Assembly: GCF_006345805.1 (NCBI RefSeq)
Contig: NC_043007.1
Location: forward strand, 19,530,001 to 19,594,000
Length of the DNA stretch: 64,000 bases
Direction: 5' to 3'
DNA from: Octopus sinensis
Taxonomy: Eukaryota
The notes under the pieces were generated by a model. That model searched no databases. It was given only the letters and a program-made list of their open reading frames with translations, and was not told where the DNA came from. The translations under genes and the position numbers were made by a program. This document shows, one piece after another, positions 37,901 through 50,544 of the stretch (the stretch's first letter is position 1; each line of letters begins with the position of its first letter).

Positions 37901-40900
37901 AAGACCCGCAGAAGAGAAAGCAGGTCAACCCCCGACACCGAGAACATCAACGGATGGACGAATGCGCATCCAGGCTAAGCGGTTGCGTAGGAAGTCAGGG
38001 GACAAGAAACATGAAGAGAGAGTAAGAGAAAGTTGGGGCGAAAGAGTACGACAGGGATCGCCACCACCTCCTGCCGGAGCCTCGTGGAGCTTTAGATGTT
38101 TTCGCTTAATAAACACACACAATGCCCGGTCTGGGAATCGAAACCGCAATCCTCCGACCACGAGTCCGCTGCCCTAACCATTGTTGTTGTTTTTCTTCTT
38201 GTTAGCTTCAAGTCAGCCTTTCATGAACAGACCATTGATCATAGAAATTGTAGACCTGTCTGTCTTTTCAAGTATAATCCATCTTGGATTACCTTAACCG
38301 ACATTCGCTTTTTTTTTTTTATTCAACATAATCTGTAATGATTTCAGAAGGATTAATCTGCAGCAGGTGCACAGATGGCTGAGTGGTTAAGAAGCTCTCT
38401 TGCCAGCCTTGTGGTTTGGGGTTCATTCCTGCATGGTATCTTGGATTAATGTCTTCTATTATGAATCCAGGCCAACCAACCAACCTACCAATACCATGTG
38501 ATTGGATTTGGTGGGCAGAAACTGAAATAAGCTCTTTGTGTATATGTACACATCTTCGTCTGTGTTTGTGTTCCACCAACCACTGCTGGACAACTGGTGA
38601 TGGTTTGTTTATGTCTTTGTAACTTAGCAGTTTGGCAAAAGAGACAGAAAGAGTAAGTACCAGATTTAAAAATTAGACATAGGTACTTGAGTCAATTTGT
38701 TCAACAAGAACCTTCAAAGCAGTGCCCCCAGCATGGCCACAATGCAATGACTAAAACAAGTAAAAGATACAGGATAAGATATATTTAGCAGGTGAAGGGA
38801 CCACGGTCAAGCTCATTCATTAATTCACTGTTATTGCTGTTGTTATTGTTGTTGTTGCTATTAAAATGCTTAGCATGAATTGATGCATTTCAAAGTCTTT
38901 TGGTTCTCTTTTTAGCAGTGTCTGCTCATATTCTAGTCCATAAGAAGAGAGACCAAGTTGTCAGGCTGTTTCTGGTAATATTGTGAAAACCTATTAGTTG
39001 TGGGCATCCTTCGGTTTCAAGAGACCAATCTACCCCTTTTAAAACCGGTGTTAGGGTTAGGGTTGTCTTTATCTGAGAATAATGGGATTGAACCTAAGAC
39101 TTCACTATTGTGAAGTGAACTTCTTGGCCATTCAACCATGTCTGTGCTCACGTATACGCTAATTCTTTCTTGCGTACATTCACATGCATTCTCTAAATTA
39201 ATTTCTGCTCTTTCTCAATTCAGTTTACAGATTTATTCCGTGAAATCGTACTGCGGTTCAAACCAAGACATGTGATTCGAATTGATGGTTGCCAACAGCA
39301 ACAACATCAACAACAGCAGCAGCAGCAGCAGCTACAGCAACAATCACGATCATCGCCTTTGCCCTCGGCAACAGAGGGATCTTCAACTCAACCATTCCAT
39401 AATGTAGTCCCTATACATCTGTTTCTGGAACTTTCTGAGCAGTTCCTGCTCATTCAACCCTACTTTCCATACACACTCTGGGATGTTGTCTCCTATAGCC
39501 CTTCATTGTTCAAGGAGTCCCATGCCAAATCCCTCTTTGTACAGTACCAGATTCTCCAAACCTTACAGTATGCACACAGCAGGGGCATCTCTGCCGGTCA
39601 TTTGAAACTGCATCAGGTCAATGTTGATAAGAAGCTTTGGGTAAACCTCTCCTTACCTCATGTGTCCTTCCAATGTAACCTGACCATCGACAAACCAGAA
39701 ACCAGGAGCAACATATCTACTTCAGTATTCCCTTATTCCTCCCCTAAGCTAACTAGATCCCTAGTTGATGATGCTCAGAATTTTGTCCGTTCTTGCCTGT
39801 ACACGGTTTATTCCATTGATGATCTCTCGAACATTGTGTCTGATTGGGTTCATCGGCGTCTCAGCAACTTCAAGTATTTGATGATACTAAACCATTTGGC
39901 TGGTCGACGCTTTGGTGATCCTAACAACCACCCAATTTTGCCGTGGGTCTCAGACTTCACCTCTGAACACAAAAACTTTCGCGACCTCTCGAAAACGAAG
40001 TATCGCTTGAACAAGGGCGATCGTCAACTAGATTTGACCTACGAAGAAATGCCCATAGTTTCAGGGGACCCAGCACACCGTTCTACTTACATTCCACACC
40101 ACGTGTCCGATGTACTGTCCGACATCACCTACTATGTGTACAAAGCACGAAGGACATCAAAACCAATACTGTGTGCCCATGTGCGGCCATACTGGGTACC
40201 CAGTGAGTACCCAGCTAGTATTACTCGTATCCAACAATGGACACCAGATGAGTGCATTCCAGAGTTTTTCATTGATCCATCTATTTTCAAATCATTACAT
40301 GCTGACCTGCCTGACCTCGCAGTACCTAACTGGTGCAGGAACCCGCATGATTTCATCTCAAAGCACATGGCCATGCTGGAGAGTAACCGAGTGTCTGCTG
40401 GCCTCCATGACTGGATCGATTTGACATTTGGATACAAGGTCAGTGCTCAACCTTTTCTAATCGGGATGGATTTCTACTTTCGTTTTCCAGGTTTCTTGGT
40501 TATTCATCTATACATATAAAGTTGTCTGTATTTGTGTGTATGTGTGTGTGTGGCAGGTTTGGTAGCTTTCAACTAACACTATCTCCTCCGAGACCCTGTG
40601 GTGCAAGTTGACCAAAATCGACAGTATGATAGAAGAAGGCTTGCTCTTCATTCCGTAGAAGAAAAATTTCAAATCGGACCATGTTAAGACCAAAAATTAT
40701 TTACATCAAAAAGGTGCTTTTTTTCTATGAGAATCCCTATTTTTTACGATTTTTTTACTGCTGTGTTGTCATTTATGCCCATGATGATAAACATGGTAAT
40801 TATTGCAGTGATGGTGATGATGAAGAGGAAGAGAAGGAATCAATGGTGTTAGGGGAGTGGTTGTAAGGATATGATGATGATGATGATGATGATGACTTAT

Positions 40901-43900
40901 TCTCCTCTCTCTGGTGCTTCATTCAGTTTTCTTTTTGTTATCTTGTTTTCCCAATCCTCTGCCGCTGCCGTCTTCAGCTGAGTGGAGAAGCATCTGTAGA
41001 TTCCAAAAATGTCCACTTGCAATTGGTGGACAACCATACCAATGTGACCAACTGTGGTGTTGTCCAGCTGTTTGACCATCCTCATCCGCAACGAATCCTG
41101 CCGCCAAAGAAACTCTACTTTGAATATGAAACACTCCAGGTAACACATTGTTTCTTTTGCTACACTGCTTGATTCCCTGACCTCTGACCTCCAACACTTC
41201 TTAGCTCCCTTGATCTCTGGCCTCCAACACTGCTTGACTACCTTGATCTCTGGCCTCCTACACTTCTTAAGTCCCTGACTGCTGACCTCCAACACTGCTT
41301 GACTCCCTGACCTCTGACCTCCAACACTGCTTGACTCTCTTGACTTCTGATGTCATACAACTTAAGCCCCTGACCTCTGACCTCCAACACTGCTTGACTC
41401 CCTGACCTCTGACCTCCAACACTGCTTGACTCCCTGACCTCTAACCTCTAATACTGCTTGACCTCTGACCTCCACCACTGCTTGACTTCCTGACCTCTGA
41501 CCTCCAATACTCCTTGAGTCTCTTGACATCTGGCCTCCGACACTGCTTAACTCCCTGACCTCTGCCTTTGACCATTTACTGTTTGTGATATAAGACTACT
41601 TATATACTCATTTGTTGTCTATCTTCTGACCTCTCGTTAATTATCTTTACAGCAAGGCATGCAGTCAATTAATAATTCTTCCTGATTTTATATAAGGAAG
41701 CATTGACATCTAGAGTCATTTCAGGTTTATCTCACTTGATATCTGGTACTGATGATAGCAAAAGAGCTTGGAATCCAGTCGTTGGTCCACAAGGGTTGCT
41801 CTGAAACAACTGCTGGTGTTTTAATACCTGTTGCTAAAGCAACAATTTTCCCCACAACAAACTGCAGTAAAAAGGACATTTTTAACCCTTTCGTTACCGT
41901 ATTTATTTTGAGATGCTCTGTGTTTCTTTCAATTAATTTTAAATATAACAAAGAATTTAGTAAAATAATTTGGTTATCATTCAGCTAATGTTAGGAATAT
42001 AAATTGTGACTAAGGTTTGGTGGAAAATTTTAATTCAAAACTTAAGAAAACAAGACATTTGTACTACAGAGCCAGAGGCAGTTTCAGCCAGATTTGTATC
42101 GAAAGGGTTAAGAATTGTTTCTCTATTATATATTTTAACCATTTTGCTACCATATTTCTGTTGAGATGCTCTGGGTTTCTTTCAATTATTTTAAATATAA
42201 CAAAGAATTTAGTAAAATAACTTTGTTATCATTCAGCTAGTGTTAGGAACATAAATTGTGAGTAAGGTTTGGTGGAAAATTTTAATTCAAAACTTAAGAA
42301 AACAAGACATTTGTGCTACAGAGCCAGAGGCAGTTTCAGCCAGGTTGGTATCGAAAGGGTTAACGGGTCAAATATGTCCTAAACTTAATTCAACTGATCA
42401 AAAAGTCTGGCTGTTGCTGACTTCTAATCATCCATCACCCCTTGACTTCTAACTGCTGACCATTCTCTGTGACCTTTGACCCCTGACCCTTTGTTCTCTA
42501 CAATTAAAACAATGTATTGTTTAGTCTCTCTCTCTCTCTCTCTCTCCTGATTGTAGGTTTCTGTGAATCGTGATGGGTCTGGATCAGAAGATTGTTTCAG
42601 GTGAGTGTCTGGCATCATTGGTCTTCTATAGCATTGTTTCATTAATTTAAAAACCTTGATTAGGTCTTTGACTTTATTCAACGCTTAGAGGTGGCTGCGT
42701 GGCAAGACGTTTGCTTCTTAAGCCACATGGTCTTGGGTTCAATCCTATTGCGTAGCACTTTGGGAAAGTGCCTTCTGCTATTTTCTTGGGCCAACCAAAG
42801 CCTTGTGAGTGGACTTGGTACTCAGAATCTGAAAGAAGCCCCCCCCCCCATATGTGTGTGTGTGTGTATGTATGTATATGCATGTATATGCCAGTGGTAC
42901 ATAAAGGCACCCACTACACTCTCGGAGTGGTTGGCATTAGGAAGGGCATCCAGCTGTAGAAACTCTGCCAGATCAGACTGGAGCCTGGTGCAGCCATCTG
43001 GTTCGCCAGACCTCAGTCAAATCGTCCAACCCATGCTAGCATGGAAAGCGGACGTTAATCGATGATGATGATGATATATATGTATGTATATATATATATA
43101 TATATATATAAATTTAAATTTAAAATGAGTGTGAGAAATTTGATATTAATTTGATTAACAGTGGTCTAGCATATAAAAAAACTGAAGGTTCAGTAAAATT
43201 GTATTATATACATGTTAGAACAGATCTATTTCTAGCAAAAGGGTGTCCACATAGTGGTTTCCCTCTGATATATATATATATGTTTGTGAATATATTAGTT
43301 TCCTTCCTTTGATGCCATGTGATAGTTGTAAACGAGTGTCCCTTTCATGCAAGCCGTGTCCTTCATTCCCAATCATCCATGAAAACCTGTCTGGTCAAGG
43401 GGAAATATTACTTTAATTGGAAACAGGTGTGGGTTGGCATCAGGTAGGGTATCTGATCGTAGAAAATCGACTTCAACAACTTCTGTCTAACTCATGCCAC
43501 CATGGAAAAGTGGACGTTAAAACAACGATGATAATAATGTAACACTGAAATCTAGTTTATTATGTCAAAGATTTTGATTATGTCTTTAATTTCCTTCTAT
43601 ACTTAATATACTTGAAAGCATAACGCTCAAACACTTACTGTGACAAGCCTATACGACATAATATAAGCAACTACACAAAATGATTTAACCCAGGTCAGCC
43701 TTAATCTAACTGACCTATGATCAAAAGCATTTTATCTATGACCATCCTGTCTTGTGTCCAGGTATATCTAGGAGTACATTTTTCAATATGTCATTTCTGT
43801 TCTTTAACCTTTAAACACTCAGATCTCTTTGTCAAATTAATTAATTAATTAATTAGTTTTGAATAAATTCTGCATTATCTCATAGCTTCAAGATTTTTAG

Positions 43901-46900
43901 AATGACATTGTAGGGTAGGTGTGAGAGGCCAGATCTGGTCAGTTTGAACATAAAACAAGGAGAATATTTGGGTCTGATATAACTAGATTAAATGCTAAAT
44001 GGTTAAGACAGTTAAGTGTGATTTAATAAAGATCTGGCTGCTATTTCTTGCAGGACAAGTAACTATATTGAGGCACCCTTTGTTGACTGGTTAGGTTCTG
44101 TTTTGGGCCACAGTGAGAAGCCATCATTATTATAATAATAAATAAATAATAAATAAATGCGCCCTTTTAAAGCCTAGCCAGGTTCATGGGCCCGGTTTCC
44201 CGGTTTCTATGGTGTATGTGTTCTCCAGCTGGACGGGACGCCAGTCCATCGCAGCGTTACTCATTTTTGCCAGCTGAGTGGATTGGAGCAACGTGAAATG
44301 AAGTGTTTTGCTCAAGAACACTACGCGTCGCCCGGTCCAGGAATCGAAACCACAATCTTACGATCATGATGCTGACACCCTAACCACTAAGCCACGCACC
44401 TCCACCATCCTTATTATACCCAACATTATTAATTTTATCATTTTTATTCAGTTGTTTTCCTTTCTGTTTTTTTTCCATTTATGCTCAGTTTTACTGAAGA
44501 CCAGTCTTGTGACAATGACTATATGTGGTTTGGGGACAATATCCCTCTCAGCATGGACGACAAGCCATTATCTAACCTAGAACACCTTGAAGCCTTGTAC
44601 TCTTTCAGCCCTAAAGCTGTTTGCAATCAACCCAGAGAGTCTTCTACACAGGTAAGTAATTATGGTTATTCCTTTCTTCTAGTTTCTGATTCTTGATGCT
44701 TGTTCAAAGTTACCGTAAATCTTCAAGTATAGCCCGTAGGGGATTTTTAGGGGGCTGTACTTCTGAAGAACCGAAACCTTGTGTATAATACGCACCTCTT
44801 CTCTAACTTGAGTCGTGCGTAATTAAGCCAGCAGCACCTAGTCGAACAAACACTTCCATGCATGCGTAATACAATAATGGTGATGTTCTTAACTGTTATA
44901 TGGGAATGTAAATATGTTTGCAAATTGTTTTCGTTACATGTTATTCTGTGTTCTGAATACTTTTATTTTAATAAATGTTGCTTACTGCAAGTTATGGATG
45001 ATTCTTTTATGACTTCATTGCTTTCAGGCTTAGCTTAAGGTATTTTCGCACCCGACATCACAAAATGCGTCTGAATAAACATTGCCGGGCAACAAATAGA
45101 GACTCGGACATTGCTTAGAAAATATTTTTCATTTTTAACCTCGTATATAGTACGCACTAGGGATTTTGACCATTAAATTTTGGGAAAAAAATGCGGGTTA
45201 TACTCGGGGATTTATGGTAACCTTTCTTTAGACTTGTGTTACAGGTAGATACCCCTGCTTATATTATCTAGATACTCAAGAAAGTGGAAGGGGAACATAT
45301 CTTTTATTTTTCTTATCTTTTTACTTGTTCCAGACATTAGAAAGCAGCTATGTTGGGGGCACTGTCTTGAAGAATTTAAGTTCGAAGAATTGACCCCAGG
45401 ATTTATTTTCTTTTAAGCCCAGTACTTATTCTTTCAATCTCTTTTGCCAAACCGCTAAGTTATAGGATGTAAACACACCAAGATCTGTTGTCAAATGGTG
45501 ATGGCGGACAAACACAGACACAAGGGCTTCTTTCAGTTTCTGTCTGCTAAACTTAGCAGTTCAGCAAAAGCCTAATGACTATAACAAGTAAAAGTTAAAA
45601 GATCTATGAATTCATTACCCCATATAGATTTCCTTCTTTTAGGACTATAGAATATGAATTCAAAGAAACTTGGCTGCTATTTCTAGTAGGCCAGGTGGTG
45701 GGTCAAGGCTGTCTGCGCAAATAACTCAATGTGAAATTTGAATCTTTATTGTTTCAGGTGTCCAGTTTCCTCTCCCCTAAAGTCACCGTGACTCATGACA
45801 TGCAGGCATTCGGCTGTTTACTGGGTGAGATGTTCCTTGGTCACAAAACCCGTCTTTTGGGTCCCAGTGCTCCTCTCAAAGAACAATACCAGTTAATCTA
45901 CAAATTGTGCCAAATGGACATCAGTGCTATTCCTAGGTAAGATATTGTCACTTGGTGCCAATTTATATTCTCTGAGTTTGTGCATGTACGTACGTGCGTG
46001 AGCTTTTATGAATATATTGGGTCATCCATGTAAATAATGCAGTTTTTTTATACGTTGTTTATTTTTCAAAATCAAGACTATTGAAAAGGTTGCAAGACGC
46101 AACAAAAATTTTAGGAAAAAAAAAATTTTAATTAAAAAAAAAAAAAATAAGTGGAAATTTTACTGGTGAGTGTGTTATATTATAAGACACAAAAAGAAAA
46201 TTACTCTCCCCAGACACAACAAAATATGCTTCAACACACAAACTCATATAAAGAATCTTGCAAACCAAATCCAAAAACGAAAGATAAACAAAGTTCTTTT
46301 TTAATCTTAAATGTATTCTCCTTCATTTTCTACAATGCTCTTCCATCTCTCTGGTAGACTTGCAAGGCTCCTCTTCCCAAATTCACTTGTCCATAAGACA
46401 AAATACTATTCCAATACTGTTCCGATCTTGTCTACAGAATTCATATTTTTTCCATCCAATTTTAAAGACTGCAGAATAAATGATAATTAGATGGGGCAAT
46501 GTCGGTAAATATGGTGGGTGGGGCATGGTTTCCCATTAAAACTGCTCCAGCCTTTGGGATGCCATCCTCGCTGTGTGTGGCCATGTGTTATCCTGATGGA
46601 AGAACATATTTCATCTTGAAACTAAAGATGGTCATTTTTCTTTTAGTGCTGACAAAAGTCTCTCAAGCTGCTTGCAGTATATCTCCTTTGTTATCATTTG
46701 GTTTGGATTTAAAAGTTTAAAGTGGACTAAACCTTTCTTATCCCACTAAACTGATAACAACACTTTAGCCTGAGGTGCCAGTATTTCTCTTTTCCCTACC
46801 CACTCTCGGAGTGGTTGGTATTAGGAAGGGCATCAAGGTGTGGAAACTCTGCCAGATCAAGATTGGAGCCTGGTGCAGCCATCTGGTTCACCAGTCCTCA

Positions 46901-49900
46901 GTCAAATCATCCAACCCATGCTAGCATGGAAAGTGGACGTTAAACAATGATAATGATGATGACGACTAACTTCAGCACTTGACATTTTTATAGAGAACCT
47001 ATTTCTCATCACCAGTCACTATTTGATCCCCCCAAAATGTTCATTTGTGAGATGTGACAGCAAAGAACACACATTCACTTTCCGCACATGATTAGACTCA
47101 GAAAGTTTGTGAGGAAGCCATTGACCCAATTTGTTGACATTTTCAATGGCACACAGATGTCGATGAATGGTTGAATGACCAAATCCAAGCTTCTCTGCTT
47201 GTTCCTCAACAGTTACGATAGGATTTTGTTCCCAGGGTTTGCAGGACATCCTCATCAAGTTCTACAGATCTTCTAGGCTGTAGTTTCCGGCTCAGAATTT
47301 CTGGAACTACCATTGACACTGGCTTACACTTATTGTCCGTTCCCCATATACTGCATTAATATTCCTCGCACTTTCCATTGCTTTGTTTCCTTTCTGAATA
47401 TGCTGAATATGCTCCTTTGTCACTTCCATTATAGCTTTGAAAAAATAACTATTAAAATCGAACTGCACTCTTCAAAACTTGCACTAAGAATAAGCACAAG
47501 ATACACTTATTACTTGCTTTTATAGCAAGTTGATGCAGGTAGTTTATCTCGTCCCCCTCCGACTTTTAGTTCATGTCGTTGGAAAAACCGTATTATTTAT
47601 GGGACGACCCAATATGTGTATGTGGGTAGGCCCTCTCTCTCTCTCTCTCTCAGTTTGACTGTCTCTCTATCTTTCTCTTTGACTTTCCCTCATCTTCCTC
47701 TCCTTCCTTGCCCTACTAAGGTAGCCAAGTGTCTCCTCTTAGAGGAAAACAACTCTCTGTCCCTCTTTCCTATTCTAACCTCATGCCTGGCACATGGTTA
47801 CTTCTGTCAGTTCCACCCCCTCTCGCAGCTGAGAAGTCTTTGTGTTCTAAGCTGGTACTGGTGCCATGCAAAAAGCACCCAGTACACTCTGTACAGTGGC
47901 TGGTGTTAGGAAGCGGCATCCAGAGACCATACCGAAGCAGACAACGGAACCTGGTGTGGTCCCTGGCCTTGCCAGCTTCTGTCAAACCATCCAACTCAGG
48001 TCAGCATGGAAAATGGACATTAAATGATGTATTTCAATAAGGAGGGAAGACAGTTTCCCTCAGCCTTTACGGGCCCTTCAAGGATGGTAAAAGGTGGTGG
48101 GGGAAGAGAATATCTTCAAACTAGAAACTTGACCTGACTGTTTGCGAATGAGTAAACTTTGCTAAAGGCACTGAAAATGGCAGGCGTTGGAGGCTGAATT
48201 TGAAGACATTATGCCTGTCACCAAAGATGATGAGAATAGCTTTGATGATGGTTTTGGTTATGAATATTTAATATCCAATGATTATATTGAGTATAGTTGC
48301 AAAAAGTGTGTGACCATCAAGCTTTTGCTTCTCCCCCCACACTTTAATTTCTTTTCCCTTTTTTTGCTTTGTTTATTCTTAAGTTCTTCAGATTTTTCTT
48401 GCATATTTAATTTTCTTCTTCTCTTCTATTTCAGACCGTTACGACAAGCAGCCACCATATTGCTACAGCTAACTGAAGAATTTAAACCACTCCTTGGTGA
48501 CACTGGTCCCGTCTTCAACTACATTCCAATCAACGAACTGGGGCTGCCTCCACCCACCCCGAGCCTCCTCACCCACCAAATGGTTGACATCATTCCATTT
48601 CCTTCATATTTCCCCCAGCTCTATGACTGCCTCTGTCACCTCAAACAGATTGACTTCGAAATTGAACAGCTACAACTGTCCAATGACAAAACCACCGCCG
48701 AAAGATGCAAGCTGGTCAAAGTACTGGCACGAGAGAAAGTGGCCATTCTCCAGGCATTCTTGCAAAAGTACGATGTGGTCCTTGGCCAAGAAGGAGTTGA
48801 TCTTCTATTGCCTTATGTTGAAGAACTTCTTCAGAACAATGAGACAGCGGTGCAAGCTGCCTGGACCCTGTTTGACATCATGTCTTGCCAACTTGGTCCC
48901 GAAGTTGCTAAGAAGAAATTCCTTCCTCAAATAGTGAAACTTTATGCTGAAGAATTTTCTACCCCAAAGCATATCAAATTGCACCACCACAAATTCCTTG
49001 TACAGTTGCTGGTGCGTTTCCAGCTTCAGACATTCCTTGAAAATTTTTCAACACTTCTTGTAGAGGCAGTGGCCGGTTATAAAGACTTTGTCATAGAAAC
49101 TGACTCAGATCTTCCCGAAGTCGTTGAGTTCCACCGTCAGAAATCAGATTTCTCCCGTAAAGTACGCAATCCGATCCCGGCATGTCCGGAAGAGGTCAGC
49201 GAAGAGTGTAGCAACAGTGCCGAGACGTTGACAGGGGAGGAAACGCTCCTGGACGTCCCAGCAGGGTTGGAAACTGATGAAGACGCAGAAGAATATGAAG
49301 ATTTTGATGAGAATGTGTTGCTTGGAGTTGATGAGAAAATGGGTAGCGAAAGGGGATCTGACACAGCAAGCATTGGCCGTGACTCCCTGAAGAGTGATGA
49401 CATTCCGTACAAGCAGCCATTGCTTGGCATGGATGATGATGACACCAATTCTCTATTCCAAAACGGTCGACGTTTCTCCTTCCCAGTATCCATACACGAC
49501 CGGTCCAACCGGCGGGACCGTAGCCATAGCAACAGCCGTGTTTGCAGCCGGATCAGTGACAGGGACATGGACGAACAGCTGTCTGCTTCTGAAGACAACG
49601 CTAGCGACCTTTCTCCTCAGCTGAAATTGTCGCAGTCCGAAGAAGACGAGGAAGACGACCGCGTCAGCGTAAACGCAGGCAGTCACAACAGCAACAACAA
49701 CAACAACAATAATATCAATGGCAGTAACGAGTACGATAACGATGTCGTTATAGGCGGTGACGAACACGATTACGTCGGCAGCAAAACCGAAGTCTACCAA
49801 GGAGCTCGTCGGTCGTCATCGCAGAAGGACGATTCCCCAGCATCGAGCAGCGGGGACAGATCGAGCGACATGTGCACATCGCTGCCAAGCAGCCAGGTCC

Positions 49901-50513
49901 CGCAGATGCAGATGGTGCGCAGTGAGACGGACGAGTTCAGAAAGTGCATGGAAGGTAGTAAGTGGGAGGAGATTGTGAACATCCGTGACGTGTCGTCGGA
50001 CAGTGTGAAGTGGTTGTGCCACAGGCTGGGTCCCTTGCTGGCCGCCCGTTACTTCTCTCTCAACCTTATCAGACTACTCCCGCTCTGCTACATGGACGAA
50101 GAACAATTATTGACGGCAACAGAGAACAGTGAGTTATTAAACATACCACTACCGCCCACGACCACCACCACCAACACCACCACCGTGAATACTACTACCA
50201 CTACCAACACCACCACCACCACTACAACCACCAATACCATCACCACCACCGCCATCACCACCACAACCACCACCATCACAACCACCACCACCACCATCAC
50301 CCCACCACCAACACCACTGTGAATACTACTACCACTACCAACACCACCACCATCACTACAACCACCAATACAATCACCACCTCCACCACTGCCACCACCA
50401 CCACAACCACAACTATCCCCTTCACCACAACCACCACCACCATCACAACCACTGACACCACCAGCACCACGTCCATACAACCTCTCTTCTAACACACTGC
50501 ACCACATAACTAC

Positions 50514-50544
<31 letters not shown>

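Noticed and set aside
48187-48434. N-terminal 82 codons of the 711-aa ORF
   Set aside because: Intronic pyrimidine tract before the acceptor at 48434; no WDR81 similarity and a non-ATG start.
50129-50322. Poly-Thr C-terminal tail of the 711-aa ORF
   Set aside because: It lies after a good donor (A|GTGAGT) whose phase matches exon 10; it is an intronic (ACC)n repeat.
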